Origin: Verrucomicrobiota bacterium
Lineage (GTDB): Bacteria; Verrucomicrobiota; Verrucomicrobiia; Limisphaerales; CANJXF01
Direction: 5' to 3'
Assembly (NCBI GenBank): GCA_043775015.1
Contig: JAYVSV010000029.1
Location: 6,818-70,817 of the forward strand
Length of the DNA stretch: 64,000 bases
How positions within the stretch are numbered: position 1 is the stretch's first letter; each line of letters starts with the position of its first letter. The notes beneath the pieces were generated by a model. The model saw nothing but the letters and a program-made list of their open reading frames with translations. It searched no databases and was not told the DNA's origin. A program made the translations under genes and the position numbers. This document shows, piece after piece, positions 46,376-57,370 of the stretch.

Positions 46376-48054
46376 TAACGTTGCCGCCGCCTTCACGACT
46401 CAAGGCGTTTCATGACGGGATTTTTACAACGAATCTTGCTTCGGTTAATTCCAATCAGCCCACGATGGTTTTAACGCACGGCTGGATTCCGTTAAATCCT
46501 TTGACTGGAAATCCCCTTTACACACCTATCGGGGTTGAAGATTGGCCAACGACGTTCGCCGCACAACTGCGCGCCAGCGGTGTCACGGGAAATATCGTCG
46601 CGTGGGATTGGTCGTATCTGGCGGGTGCGGCGGTGAATGCTCCGGGAATAGCAGAGCAACGAACCGTCTTTCAAGGACAGGCTTTGGGACAAATCTTATT
46701 GCTTAAACTGGGCGCAAATTATTCTCAGCCAATTCAGTTCATCGGGCACAGTCTTGGAACTTTGGTCAACGCTTCTGCGGCGAATTATTTACATGGCGAC
46801 GGCGAGGCTCAGGAAAATATTTTTTCGCCTACCCCGTGGCCGGGATCGAATACCTTGATGACCTTGTTTGACGAGGCTGAAATTGCCAGAGGGGTTTCGA
46901 GTTTTGGCGCAGACATAGACACGCTCGCGGGACGGAACGGAAATCCATTTTTGCCGCCGAAGGCTTCCGACCGTCATCCGCTGCCGAAACATTTTGCCTG
47001 GGCGGAAAATTATATCGCCGGGTTTGGCTTGTTACAGACCAACGCGGCGAACGTCATTCTGACCAATAAATTTCCGCTGCACGCGAATAATCCGAAAAGC
47101 TGGTTCGAGAAAATCGCCACCTTTCATAGTTATCCGATGGATTGGTATGATGAGACAATTCAGACGGACAATTCCGCCATGGGATTTATCTGGCCGCTTC
47201 TCTGGTCGTTCCGCGATCTCGCGTTTGCGAATGCACCCACGAACGGTTCAGTGTATGTGCAAGCGGGTTCAGAATGGAATCTGACGGCAACGAATTGGAA
47301 TTACGGAACGAATCTTCTTGCAGCGCGGTTTCAAGCATATCGCAATGGTTTGTTCTATTCGCTTACAGGCCAGACATTAGATGAAGCAACTGTCAACGGC
47401 AAGGGCAACGGACAAAATATTGTTGGAGCTTTGTCTGCATATAGCAGTTTCCTCGTGTCAATTTTTACGACGAATACTGCTCCTTCGCCGCAATTCAAGC
47501 TGGACCCGCTTGATGGCCCACCGCCAAGCGATGCCAGCGATGACCCGACCATTCCAGCGTATGCGTGGATGCAATTGGTCGTTCCATCGAATGCCGTTTC
47601 AATGTCGTTTAATTACATTATTCGAGGCGACTGGCAGAGCGATTGGCTTGCGGCAGCCTTCAACGGAACGAACGTGCTGTCGTTGCCCGGAAGCCAGATT
47701 GAAACCAACGTGCTATTCAGCAGCGGACAAATTGATATTTCGGATCTCGCGGGTCAGACGAACGAGTTTTTCATAGGAATCGTTGGTGGCACATCGATGA
47801 ACGCGCAACTCACCGTAATGAATGTCGCATTTTCCATTTCGTCCCCGCCTCTGTTGCAAGCACAGGCCTCGGGAAATAATTTTGTCCTAATGTGGCCGCT
47901 TTCTGCCGCAGATTATAATTTGCAATTCACGACCAATCTTGCCGATTTAAATTCTTGGACAACTCTTACGAATGTTCCGGCCATCGTGAATTTGCAGAAC
48001 ACGATTACCAATTCCATTTCTAGTGGAGCAGAGTTTTATCGGTTGAAGAAATAA
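46372..48054 (+). CDS. Alpha/beta-hydrolase (lipase-like) exoprotein with verrucomicrobial-type C-terminal domain, lacking its own signal peptide
   Basis: VLTHGW, IGHSLG, TLFD and FHSYP motifs; C-terminal LQFTTNL...W......FYRLKK. Confidence 0.7.
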   Translation: MITLPPPSRLKAFHDGIFTTNLASVNSNQPTMVLTHGWIPLNPLTGNPLYTPIGVEDWPTTFAAQLRASGVTGNIVAWDWSYLAGAAVNAPGIAEQRTVFQGQALGQILLLKLGANYSQPIQFIGHSLGTLVNASAANYLHGDGEAQENIFSPTPWPGSNTLMTLFDEAEIARGVSSFGADIDTLAGRNGNPFLPPKASDRHPLPKHFAWAENYIAGFGLLQTNAANVILTNKFPLHANNPKSWFEKIATFHSYPMDWYDETIQTDNSAMGFIWPLLWSFRDLAFANAPTNGSVYVQAGSEWNLTATNWNYGTNLLAARFQAYRNGLFYSLTGQTLDEATVNGKGNGQNIVGALSAYSSFLVSIFTTNTAPSPQFKLDPLDGPPPSDASDDPTIPAYAWMQLVVPSNAVSMSFNYIIRGDWQSDWLAAAFNGTNVLSLPGSQIETNVLFSSGQIDISDLAGQTNEFFIGIVGGTSMNAQLTVMNVAFSISSPPLLQAQASGNNFVLMWPLSAADYNLQFTTNLADLNSWTTLTNVPAIVNLQNTITNSISSGAEFYRLKK

Positions 48055-48146
48055 CCGCTCGGTTGTTTTGCTATTCAGCATTTCCCCTAAATATCTTGAC
48101 CGCGATTCATTTCCCCCGTTCTATTTATCCCCGTTAGGTAAAATTC

Positions 48147-49172
48147 ATGTTTGCGCAACTTAAAAGCCTGTTTTCCAATGACATCGGGATAGATCTCGGG
48201 ACAGCCAATTCCCTTGTTTACGTTCGTGACCAAGGAATTGTTCTGCGAGAACCCTCTGTCGTCGCCATCGAAGCTGGAACCACCAATGTTCTTGCGGTCG
48301 GCGAGGAAGCCAAGCGGATGCTCGGACGCACTCCAGGGAATATCGTAGCCATTCGGCCCATGAAAGATGGCGTGATTGCCGATTTCGAGATTACCGAAGC
48401 GATGCTGCGTCATTTCATTCAAAAAGTGCATCATCGCAAATTGATTGCGCCGAGAGTCGTGGTGGCTGTTCCGTCTGGAATTACCGAAGTGGAAAAACGG
48501 GCGGTCAAAGATTCTGCAACTCATGCCGGAGCACGCGAAGTTTATTTGATCGAACAACCCATGGCTTCGGCCATCGGGGTCGGTCTCCCGGTTCACGAAC
48601 CGGCAGGCAACATGATCGTCGATATTGGCGGGGGCACCTGCGAGATCGCGATTATTTCTCTGGCTGGAATTGTTTTCAGCCGGAGCTTGCGCGTGGGCGG
48701 TGATGAGTTCGATGAAACGATCGTTGCGCACATGAAGCGAGCCTACAACTTAATGATTGGTGAACGCACCGCGGAAGAAATCAAAATACGTATCGGATCT
48801 GCCTTTCCGCTGGAGCAAGAATTAACAATGGAAGTCAAAGGTCGCGATCTTAGCGCCGGTTTGCCGAAAACGCTTTCCGTCCGCTCAGAAGAAATTCGCG
48901 AAGCATTGAAAGAACCGCTTTCAAGCATATTGGAATCTGTTCGCATCACACTGGAACGTTGCCCTCCCGAACTCTCCTCCGACTTAGTGGAAAGAGGAAT
49001 TGTCATGGCGGGTGGCGGTGCGCTTCTGCGCGGAATTGATCGGTTGGTCGCCGAGGAAACTGGCTTGCCGGTTCACATCGCCGACGATCCGCTTAGCGCG
49101 GTTGCCGAAGGCACAGGCCGGGTGTTGCAGGAACTTCAATTTCTCAAGCGAGTCGCTTCTTCCAAGACATAA
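48147..49172 (+). CDS. mreB: Rod shape-determining protein MreB
   Basis: IDLGTAN, EPSVVA, DGVIADF, VDIGGGT and GGGALL. Confidence 0.99.
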   Translation: MFAQLKSLFSNDIGIDLGTANSLVYVRDQGIVLREPSVVAIEAGTTNVLAVGEEAKRMLGRTPGNIVAIRPMKDGVIADFEITEAMLRHFIQKVHHRKLIAPRVVVAVPSGITEVEKRAVKDSATHAGAREVYLIEQPMASAIGVGLPVHEPAGNMIVDIGGGTCEIAIISLAGIVFSRSLRVGGDEFDETIVAHMKRAYNLMIGERTAEEIKIRIGSAFPLEQELTMEVKGRDLSAGLPKTLSVRSEEIREALKEPLSSILESVRITLERCPPELSSDLVERGIVMAGGGALLRGIDRLVAEETGLPVHIADDPLSAVAEGTGRVLQELQFLKRVASSKT

Positions 49173-49210
49173 TTCTTCGGGCGTTCACCGTGCAAATTTG
49201 CATTGGTGAA

Positions 49211-50020
49211 ATGTTTAAAAAGCCGCAATACATTGCGTTGGCTTTGGTCATCGTGGTCGTGCTGATTATCTTTAATCTGCCGCCCCAAACCATGTCCCGC
49301 TTGAAACTGGCGATCAGCGGACTGTTCCTGCCGCTCTTCGGCCTGGCCGGATCGTCGCAGCAACTCCTCGAAAAGGCCGGCAACACCGTTTTACCCCGGA
49401 ACGTCATTACCAAGGAGAATCAAAAACTGCGCGAGGAAAACGAGCAGCTCCGCATTTTACTGATGCAAAACGAGGAGTTGTTTCGCGAAAATTCTCAACT
49501 CCGCCAATCTCTCGAATGGCAGAAGCAGTCCCGTTGGAAAGTGAAGCTCGGCCGCGTCATCTCACGCGATCCGGCCAACTGGTGGCGCACCATCCAGATC
49601 GATCTCGGCTCGGCCCAGGGTCTTCGCGAAAATATGCCGGTCCTGACTTCGCAAGGCTTGGTGGGACGCACGTCAGTCGTTGGAAAAAATCGCTCGCAAG
49701 TATTGCTTTTGGGCGACCCAAATCTGCGCGTGGCCGCATCTATTCCCGATAAAGATGTGCGCGAAAATGGAATCATTATTTCCAGTTCCGGGCCGCTCGA
49801 TAACAGCATCGTCCGCTTTCAATATTTTTCCCGCAACAACGCGGTCAAGCCCGGACAAACCGTGGCGACAAGTGGCGAAGGCGGTGTATTTCCGAAAGGC
49901 ATTGTCATCGGCCAAATCCTCGACACGGGAAACAGCAACATCGGCGTATCATCCGAAGCACGAGTAAAAGTCGCCGCGAATTTGAATTCGCTGGAGGAAG
50001 TCTGGGTGATGTTCCCATGA
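49211..50020 (+). CDS. mreC: Rod shape-determining protein MreC
   Basis: TM, coiled coil, VISRD, IDLG...G, TSG.GGVFPKGI; operon position. Confidence 0.95.
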   Translation: MFKKPQYIALALVIVVVLIIFNLPPQTMSRLKLAISGLFLPLFGLAGSSQQLLEKAGNTVLPRNVITKENQKLREENEQLRILLMQNEELFRENSQLRQSLEWQKQSRWKVKLGRVISRDPANWWRTIQIDLGSAQGLRENMPVLTSQGLVGRTSVVGKNRSQVLLLGDPNLRVAASIPDKDVRENGIIISSSGPLDNSIVRFQYFSRNNAVKPGQTVATSGEGGVFPKGIVIGQILDTGNSNIGVSSEARVKVAANLNSLEEVWVMFP

Positions 50021-50568
50021 AAATGCTGAACACCATTTTTGTTCTGCTGGCTGCATTTCTCGCAGTTTATTGCGAGTCATCCTTTGATTTTTTTCGCAAT
50101 CTATTCGGCGCCCAAATCGATTTGCTACCCGCGATCATGGTTTACACGAGTCTGACTTTGGGTCTGGTCTCCGTGTCATTGCTCGCGATTGTGGGCGGAC
50201 TTTTGTTCGACTCGCTTTCAGCCAGCGCGCTGGGCATTTCTGTTGTTCCTTTGTTGCTGATCGGCGTCGGCATTCAGCGTTTTCACGGATTACTTTTGCG
50301 CGACCAACTTTATGCCCAGTTCGCTTTTGGGGTCGCAGCCAGCGTCTTAATTCCGCTTTTAAGCCTGCTTATTCTGCTCAGTGGCGACAGCAACCCACGG
50401 GTCGGTTGGGGAACAATTTGGCAGCTCATCGTCATGGGACTGGGTGGCGGCTTGCTTACTCCGGTCTGTTTTTGGATGCTCGATTCGCTGAGCCGCGCTT
50501 TGAATTATCGTCCGGTTTCCCAGACCAGTTTTCGTCCTGACCGGCAAATCAAGAGAGGGCGCGCCTGA
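50017..50568 (+). CDS. mreD: Rod shape-determining protein MreD
   Basis: Hydrophobic, GLLFDSLS...LG motif; ATGA overlap with mreC. Confidence 0.88.
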   Translation: MKMLNTIFVLLAAFLAVYCESSFDFFRNLFGAQIDLLPAIMVYTSLTLGLVSVSLLAIVGGLLFDSLSASALGISVVPLLLIGVGIQRFHGLLLRDQLYAQFAFGVAASVLIPLLSLLILLSGDSNPRVGWGTIWQLIVMGLGGGLLTPVCFWMLDSLSRALNYRPVSQTSFRPDRQIKRGRA

Positions 50569-52514
50569 TGCTTGTCTTTGATCAACTCAAACGGGCGGAC
50601 CGCAAGTTGCAAATCATTTCCATCGGTGTGCTGGCGGGACTGATTATTTTGCTGGCCGGTCTGTGGTGGGTTCAAGTCGTTTCCGCCAAGCACTACGAGG
50701 CAAATTTAAAAAACCAGTCGTTTCGCTCGGTGCGGGTGCCGGCTTTGCGTGGAAAGATTTTAGACCGTAACAACGAGAGCCTGGTGGAAAACCGTCCTCG
50801 CTTTGACGTGAATCTTTACCTCGAAGAATTGCGTCCGCAGTTTACGGCTGAGTTCGGCAAAGTCGTCAGTGCGATAACGAACCACACACCTGGTGTGAAG
50901 ATTAAAGGCAATCTGCTGGGAGAGGTGAATCGCGAGGCGCGTTATCGAGTGGCGAGCAATATCACTGCGCAAATCGCCGCGACTTTGCAGGAGCCAAAAA
51001 TTCTTGATCCCGTCCGTTTTGGAAAACATTACTCGCAGCAACCATACATTCCGTTTCCCATCGCACAAAATTTGAGTTCAAAACAGGTCGCCATCTTCGC
51101 GGAAAATTTTACCGGATTGCGCGGAGTGGAAATGGAAATTCAACCGACGCGCACCAATCTTTTCGGCACGACGGCAGCGCATTTGTTGGGCTACATTCAA
51201 CGTCACGATCAACCGGAGGATGACGACGAAATACCCTACAAATATTATCAGCCTGATTACATGGGAAAAACCGGCGTCGAAGCGACGTTTGATTCTGCGT
51301 TGCGGGGCAAAGCTGGAGTGCAATCTTTGTTGGTGAACAATGTGGGCTACCGGCAGCGCGAAGAAACGCTGGTGCCGACTGAGCCTGGACAAAATCTTTC
51401 GCTTACGATTGATCTCCGCATTCAGCGCACGGCGGAAAAAGCCTTGGCGGGAGCAATGGTGAATGTTCGCGGTGCGGCGGTCGTAATGGATGTCCGCAAT
51501 GGCGACGTTCTCGCGCTGGTTTCCGCTCCGGCGTTCGATCCAAACGCTTTTTCTGTGGGTGTTTCAACGGAGCAATACGACGAATGGAACAATGAGAAAT
51601 TCAGCCACATGTTTAATCGCGCAACTCACGGAGGGTATGCGCCAGGATCAACTTTAAAAATTCTGACGGCCATTGCCTGCCTCGAAAACAATGTGATGGA
51701 CCCTTCCGATACCATTGAAAACCCAGGCTATTTTTATGAACCACAAATGTTGGGAAATCGGAAAATCGATGATACTGCACCGCCCGGAACTTACAATTTT
51801 CGCCGTGCGTTTATCAAATCGAGCAACACCTATTTCATCCATTTTGGATTGAAAGCTGGCGTAAAGAAACTGGTTGAAGTCGGCGAACGCTTTCATCTGG
51901 GCGAAAGCACGGGCAGCTTTCCGGGAGAGGAAGTTTCGGGAGAATACCCGCATTCAAGTGATTTGAGATCGTGGACACCTGGGAGGGCAGCAAACCTTTG
52001 CATCGGTCAGGAAATTACGGTCACGCCGTTGCAAATGGCAGTGATGACTTCGGCCATCGCCAGCGGCGGAAAACTTTTTTGGCCGCGCATCATAAAAAAC
52101 CTTCAGTCGCCTGACTCTGAAGCCGAACGGGAAACCAATTCGTTTCGTCCCGGCGTCCTCCGCTCCGATTTACATTTGAACCCAAAGCATGTGGAAATCA
52201 TTCACCGAGCGATGCAGGCGGACGTGGAAGATCCTGAAGGCAGCGGCACGGCAGCGGCGGTGAAAGGTTTTCGCGTCTCGGGAAAAACCGGCACGGCACA
52301 AGTCACAAAAGGAAATCGGGTGATTGATCACATAACTTGGTTTGTTTCGTTTGCCCCGTATGAAAAACCAAAATACGCGGTGGTCGTGATGGTGGAATCC
52401 GGCGCTTCGGGCGGCAAAACATGCGCACCAGTCGCCCAAAAGATTTACGAAGCGATATTGAAAATTGAACAAAACGGAACCGCATCGCCAACGACAATTG
52501 CGAAGCTAAAATAG
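50568..52514 (+). CDS. mrdA: Penicillin-binding protein 2
   Basis: RGKILDRN, STLK (SxxK), SSN (SxN) and KTGTAQ. Confidence 0.95.
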   Translation: MLVFDQLKRADRKLQIISIGVLAGLIILLAGLWWVQVVSAKHYEANLKNQSFRSVRVPALRGKILDRNNESLVENRPRFDVNLYLEELRPQFTAEFGKVVSAITNHTPGVKIKGNLLGEVNREARYRVASNITAQIAATLQEPKILDPVRFGKHYSQQPYIPFPIAQNLSSKQVAIFAENFTGLRGVEMEIQPTRTNLFGTTAAHLLGYIQRHDQPEDDDEIPYKYYQPDYMGKTGVEATFDSALRGKAGVQSLLVNNVGYRQREETLVPTEPGQNLSLTIDLRIQRTAEKALAGAMVNVRGAAVVMDVRNGDVLALVSAPAFDPNAFSVGVSTEQYDEWNNEKFSHMFNRATHGGYAPGSTLKILTAIACLENNVMDPSDTIENPGYFYEPQMLGNRKIDDTAPPGTYNFRRAFIKSSNTYFIHFGLKAGVKKLVEVGERFHLGESTGSFPGEEVSGEYPHSSDLRSWTPGRAANLCIGQEITVTPLQMAVMTSAIASGGKLFWPRIIKNLQSPDSEAERETNSFRPGVLRSDLHLNPKHVEIIHRAMQADVEDPEGSGTAAAVKGFRVSGKTGTAQVTKGNRVIDHITWFVSFAPYEKPKYAVVVMVESGASGGKTCAPVAQKIYEAILKIEQNGTASPTTIAKLK

Positions 52515-52515
52515 A

Positions 52516-53730
52516 ATGTACGAACCGCACTTAAACGAACGCAAATCGCTCCTCGATTGGCCGCTGGTCCTGGCTCTGCTGGGACTGATGGTCGTCGGGA
52601 CCGCGTTCATATACAGCGCTTCATTGGCGAACGAGTCCGCTCGCACCCTCTCGTGGTTCCGCCAGATTCACGTGAAACAAATCATCTGGTACGAGGTGGG
52701 AATTATCTCGGTCATTGTTCTGTGCATGTTTGATTATCGAACCCTCGCCCGCTGGTCGATCATAGCATATTGGCTGACGATTTTGTCGCTGATCCTCGTT
52801 CTGTTCATCGGAACGGGCGGCATAAATTGGGGCGCGAGGCGTTGGATCAACATGGGATTCTTCCAGTTTCAGCCGTCCGAGTTTGCAAAGATCGCTTTTA
52901 TTTTGATGCTCGCCAATTTCCTCAGCCGTCCAGTTGAAGAATTGCGCTCACAAAAATTGTTTTTCAAAGCACTTGGGATGATTGCCCTGCCCTTCTTGTT
53001 GATCTTGAAAGAACCTGACCTCGGTTCAGCGCTGGTTTTTTTCCCAGTTGGACTGCTGATGATGTTTATCGCCGGCGTGCCGGGTAAATTGTTGGCTAGT
53101 TTCATCGCCGTCGTTGGCCTCATCGTGATTCTACTTCTTGTCGATGTGTTATTCGCTCCGCCGGATTCGAAATGGCAGATCCAATTACATCCCTATCAGC
53201 GGCAAAGATTGATGACTTATTTCGGAAAAGATTTTGCTCCACGGAACGCCACTCCGGCGGAGCGCAAACAAGCGGCGGTCCTGCAACGCGATAAATCCTA
53301 CAACGTCGAGCAGGCGCTGATTTCGGTCGGTTCGGGAGGGCTGACCGGCAAGGGTTGGCGGCAAGGAACACAATATTCTCTCGGGTTCCTGCCGCGCGGG
53401 GTGGCACATAACGACTTCATTTTCTCTGTCATTGCCGAGGAGAAAGGATTCGTTGGAAGCGTCATCGTGTTGACGCTGTATACGGTTATCCTGTTTAGCG
53501 GGATAAAAATTGCCAGTCAGGCGCGCGATCGCCTGGGAAAAATTCTGGCCGTTGGTGTGGTGGCTCTTTTATTCAGCCACGTCTTCATCAATATCGGCAT
53601 GAACATTCGGTTGATGCCAGTGACGGGTATTCCACTGCCGCTGCTTAGTTACGGCGGATCCTCAGTGCTCTGCTCGCTTATCGCCATTGGTATTCTGCAA
53701 AACGTCCACATGTATCGAAGATCCTATTAA
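52516..53730 (+). CDS. rodA: SEDS glycosyltransferase RodA
   Basis: GARRWI, QPSEFAK, EPDLG, HNDFIFS..EEKG and PLLSYGGSS. Confidence 0.96.
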   Translation: MYEPHLNERKSLLDWPLVLALLGLMVVGTAFIYSASLANESARTLSWFRQIHVKQIIWYEVGIISVIVLCMFDYRTLARWSIIAYWLTILSLILVLFIGTGGINWGARRWINMGFFQFQPSEFAKIAFILMLANFLSRPVEELRSQKLFFKALGMIALPFLLILKEPDLGSALVFFPVGLLMMFIAGVPGKLLASFIAVVGLIVILLLVDVLFAPPDSKWQIQLHPYQRQRLMTYFGKDFAPRNATPAERKQAAVLQRDKSYNVEQALISVGSGGLTGKGWRQGTQYSLGFLPRGVAHNDFIFSVIAEEKGFVGSVIVLTLYTVILFSGIKIASQARDRLGKILAVGVVALLFSHVFINIGMNIRLMPVTGIPLPLLSYGGSSVLCSLIAIGILQNVHMYRRSY

Positions 53731-53731
53731 T

Positions 53732-55699
53732 ATGAGTGATAGAAATTTTTCGCGTCGCCGCCGGGGCGGGATGCGTTTTCGCCCACCGGGTGGGTTGAAC
53801 CCTAATCAGAAACCAGACCGCGCCGCCCATGAAGCGCGCGCGGATGCCTTGGGCGAAAAAGCCGGGGGCGCTGAAATAATTTACGATAAATCACGCCACG
53901 AACAGGAGATCGAGCGCGCCGAAAACTTGGCCGCCGGCCTGCCTCCCCAAGGAGTGCATGCGCCGGAAGAAACTCACGAACATTCTAAAAAAGATTTTCG
54001 TGAACCTGATTTAAAAACTCCTGCGCACGTCGAAGAACCCCCCTACCAACAGATCAAAATTGCCGAACCACCCACGCAAGGAATCGTGTACAGCATTCGC
54101 GCGGCGGCAACAAAGGTCATTAAAAAAGTTCAGCAATTGATCCGCCCGGTTAAACGCACGAACAAAGAAGTGATCATTAACGCCGAGTCTCTGGAAACGC
54201 GGGTTGCGGTTCTCGAAGAAGGAAAACTCGAGGAGTTTACAATCGAACGCACGACTGAAGAACGTTTGGTTGGCAGCATTTTCAAAGGCAAAGTACGGAA
54301 TTTGGAAGATGGTTTGAAGGCCGCCTTTGTTGATATTGGTTTTGAAAAAAATGCTTTTCTGCATTACTGGGACATCGTTCCAAACAGCTTCGATAGCGGA
54401 GTGGAACTGGTCGAACGCGAGACCAAGCGGCGCGATAAACCACGCATCACGCAAAAAGATATCCCGCGGCTCTATTCACCGGGAAGCGACATCATCATCC
54501 AAGTGACCAAGGGACCGATCGGAACCAAAGGTCCTCGTGTAACCACTAATTTGGTTTTGCCTGGACGATACTTGGTTCTACTCCCCAATTCCGATCAAAG
54601 CGGAATTTCGCGAAAAATTGAGAATCCGGAGGAACGCCAGCGCTTAAAGAAAATCCTGCGCGAACTGACGATTCCCGAAGGAATGGGCGTGATCTTGAGA
54701 ACGGTTGGCGAAGGTCAGCGCGCGGCCTATTTCGTCCGCGACCTCGCATTGTTGATGGAAGAATGGAAAGGCATTCAGGAAAAAATTAAATCGCAACCAT
54801 CGGCCACATGCGTTTTCCAGGAACCTGATTTGATCGAACGAACCGTTCGCGATTTTCTCACTGAAGACATTGAACGCATCGTCGTGGACAGCGCCAAGCA
54901 TCACGATCGTATGCGAGAAATGATTTCGAAAATCTCCAAACGTTCTGCGGACAAAGTAAAACTTTACAGCGAATCGCAGCCGATTTTCGATCGCTTCAAC
55001 ATTACCAAGCAGTTGGAAAACACCTTCTCTCGCCAGGTTCATTTAAAAAGCGGTGGCTACCTCGTCATCGACGAAACGGAAGCACTCGTCGCAATCGACG
55101 TGAACACCGGACGCCACAAGGGCAACAAAGATCAGGAGTCCACGATCCTGAAAGTGAACATGGAAGCGGCTGAGGAAATTTCGAGGCAACTGCGCTTGCG
55201 AAACATGGGTGGGTTGATCGTGCTCGACTTCATCGATATGAAATCGCGCCGCGATCAGCAGTCAGTCTATCAGAAAATCAAAGACGGTTTACGCCGTGAC
55301 AAAGCCAAGACACACGTCCTCCCCATCTCGCAACTCGGCTTGATGGAAATGACGCGCCAACGCCACTCGGAAAGCGTTCGTTCGGCGGTTTACGACGATT
55401 GTCCTTATTGCAAAGGTCGCGGCAAAGTGAAGAGCGCCGTCACCATGAGTGTGGAAATTCAGCGCAAGCTCAGTGAAATCTTGAAAAAACGCCAGCGTGA
55501 CGAATCGGATTTCCAACTCCGCGTGGTCGTCCACTCCAGCGTTCTGGAACGTTTGCGCAACGAAGACGAAAAAATCATCACCGAGATGGAGAAACGCTAT
55601 TTCGGAAAACTGCTGTTCCGGCCCGAACCGGCTTTTCATGCGGAGCAGTTCAAGATCATGAACGTGGCCACAAACGAGGAACTCGCGAGCGGGTCTTAA
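53732..55699 (+). CDS. Ribonuclease E/G family
   Basis: S1 domain (AAFVDIG..KNAFLH), IDVNTG, GGLIVLDFIDM and CPYC.G.G. Confidence 0.95.
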   Translation: MSDRNFSRRRRGGMRFRPPGGLNPNQKPDRAAHEARADALGEKAGGAEIIYDKSRHEQEIERAENLAAGLPPQGVHAPEETHEHSKKDFREPDLKTPAHVEEPPYQQIKIAEPPTQGIVYSIRAAATKVIKKVQQLIRPVKRTNKEVIINAESLETRVAVLEEGKLEEFTIERTTEERLVGSIFKGKVRNLEDGLKAAFVDIGFEKNAFLHYWDIVPNSFDSGVELVERETKRRDKPRITQKDIPRLYSPGSDIIIQVTKGPIGTKGPRVTTNLVLPGRYLVLLPNSDQSGISRKIENPEERQRLKKILRELTIPEGMGVILRTVGEGQRAAYFVRDLALLMEEWKGIQEKIKSQPSATCVFQEPDLIERTVRDFLTEDIERIVVDSAKHHDRMREMISKISKRSADKVKLYSESQPIFDRFNITKQLENTFSRQVHLKSGGYLVIDETEALVAIDVNTGRHKGNKDQESTILKVNMEAAEEISRQLRLRNMGGLIVLDFIDMKSRRDQQSVYQKIKDGLRRDKAKTHVLPISQLGLMEMTRQRHSESVRSAVYDDCPYCKGRGKVKSAVTMSVEIQRKLSEILKKRQRDESDFQLRVVVHSSVLERLRNEDEKIITEMEKRYFGKLLFRPEPAFHAEQFKIMNVATNEELASGS

Positions 55700-55723
55700 G
55701 TTTCAGCTTCAATCGTAAAACGC

Positions 55724-55753
55724 AAAACGCCTCGCAGCAATGCGAGGCGTTTT
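55724..55753. terminator. Bidirectional intrinsic terminator
   Basis: AAAACGCCTCGCA-GCAA-TGCGAGGCGTTTT between convergent genes. Confidence 0.9.
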
Positions 55754-55777
55754 TCTTGGATGAACTCCAATGAAATC

Positions 55778-56263
55778 TTATGGAATTTCGCGAATCAAAA
55801 TAAACCAGGCACAATCATTTTTATCGTCACCGGCAATCACGAAAGGAGCAGCGCTGGTAATTTTCCCCGTCTTTTTTAAAACGTGTTTTCCTTTGCCAAA
55901 AACATTAATTTCATAGCGCGAATCCCCCAGGTTCTTCATCTCGACTACGCACTGTTCGCTCAGCCTGACTTTCTGCTCAGCGGGTGACAGGGGTATTGTT
56001 TGGCGGTTGACCAGAAAATATTTCTTCCATTTGAACATGCCCAGTTTTTTCACCATAGCCGCTTCGAGCGGCTTGTGGGTTGAATCAGGCGAAGTCTCGT
56101 CATTGGTGCCCCACACAAGTTGGATTTCAAGTTTTGTCTCAGCCGCAGCGGCTTTCATTGCGCCGGTGGAAATCAACATTAGCAAGCATCCAAAGCATCC
56201 GACAAATTTAGCTGATGAAAATCGAACGTAACTCATTGCGTATAAAAATTTAGTTTGAATCAA
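55778..56263 (-). CDS. Hypothetical exported protein in the ECF sigma operon
   Basis: Signal-like segment; overlaps the anti-sigma stop codon. Start uncertain. Confidence 0.7.
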   Translation of the reverse strand: MIQTKFLYAMSYVRFSSAKFVGCFGCLLMLISTGAMKAAAAETKLEIQLVWGTNDETSPDSTHKPLEAAMVKKLGMFKWKKYFLVNRQTIPLSPAEQKVRLSEQCVVEMKNLGDSRYEINVFGKGKHVLKKTGKITSAAPFVIAGDDKNDCAWFILIREIP

Positions 56264-56732
56264 CTACCTTCTCAGTTTCCCGGTCAAACAGATAAACCAC
56301 CGTCATACCTTCTTTCTCCGAATGATAAGTGATTGATCCCATCTCCTCACCCGTTCCCTCTACTTCATCCGTCGAGTAAGCCTGTCCATGGAACGCAATA
56401 AACGAAATCATTACAAGCGCGCATCCACCCGCGAATACTCCAGCAAATTGAACGTAGGCCTGCGTCCACCATTTTGCGTTGGAGCGCGGCGCAGTTTCTC
56501 TCGAACCGCGCTCAATATCGCTTTGAATTTTGCTCCAATAAAACTCCCGCGTCTCGGGCAGTTTTAATTCGATTTCGTTGCCGCGCAAAGCCGCCTTGGT
56601 AAAGCTCAACTCCGCCAACAAAGATTGCGACTCAGCATCTTTACTCAGCAGTTCAGAAAGCTCGCGCGCCTCTCCTTTGGAAAGTTCTCCATCCAAATGG
56701 GCCTGCAATTTAAATTTTGTTTCTTCGTTCAT
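56250..56732 (-). CDS. Anti-sigma factor (single TM)
   Basis: LQAHLDGELS N-terminal anti-sigma motif and a TM helix; ATGA overlap with the ECF sigma gene. Confidence 0.8.
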   Translation of the reverse strand: MNEETKFKLQAHLDGELSKGEARELSELLSKDAESQSLLAELSFTKAALRGNEIELKLPETREFYWSKIQSDIERGSRETAPRSNAKWWTQAYVQFAGVFAGGCALVMISFIAFHGQAYSTDEVEGTGEEMGSITYHSEKEGMTVVYLFDRETEKVVDSN

Positions 56733-57331
56733 TTCAACTCGTCTCGTTTGTAACCAGCCAGCAAGCCCGCCATCTTGCGCCGCGCATAAAAAAGCCGCGA
56801 CATCACCGTCCCCATCGAACAACTCATTCGCTTCGCAATCTCCTTGTATTCCAAATCTTCAAATTCGTGCAGGATCAACACCGTCCTGTGTTCGTGCGAA
56901 AGCTGTCCCAACGCTTGATCAATTCTCTTTCGCAATTCAGCTCGTTCCAATCCTTCGGTCGGATTTACCTCAACGACCGGCATCTGCCGTTCGACGCCGC
57001 CCGATTCTTCGTTTAAAACTTCAATCGACTCCGCACGATGCCGCTTGTTTTTCCGCAACTGGTCGAGGCACAAGTTGATGACGATCCGCGTCATCCAGGT
57101 TGCGAAACTCGAATCGCCCTGAAACTGCACCAATCGTTGCCACCCTTTCACCCAGGCTTCTTGAGAAAGATCGAGCGCTTCATCTTCGTTACGCATCATG
57201 CTAAAAGCGCGCGCGTAAATTTTATCTCGATGCCGCGCCACCAACTCTTCAAACGCCAGCATGTCGCTCTGCTTGGCCAACTTCACCAGGAGTTCGTCGG
57301 CTGCATTTGGATAATCCTGGGTCGTGGACAT
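56729..57331 (-). CDS. ECF sigma-70 factor (RpoE-like)
   Basis: AFEELV, DLSQE, FQGDSSFATW..RI..N and YKEIA.....MGTVMSRL. Confidence 0.95.
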   Translation of the reverse strand: MSTTQDYPNAADELLVKLAKQSDMLAFEELVARHRDKIYARAFSMMRNEDEALDLSQEAWVKGWQRLVQFQGDSSFATWMTRIVINLCLDQLRKNKRHRAESIEVLNEESGGVERQMPVVEVNPTEGLERAELRKRIDQALGQLSHEHRTVLILHEFEDLEYKEIAKRMSCSMGTVMSRLFYARRKMAGLLAGYKRDELK

Positions 57332-57370
57332 GGTTTTGACGGAGACGTTGGAGGGGATATTCAGCCCGCC

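Noticed and set aside
45071-48054. Prophage or integrative element
   Set aside because: Only a TA pair, an XRE regulator and an exoprotein are present. No integrase, phage genes or flanking direct repeats were seen.
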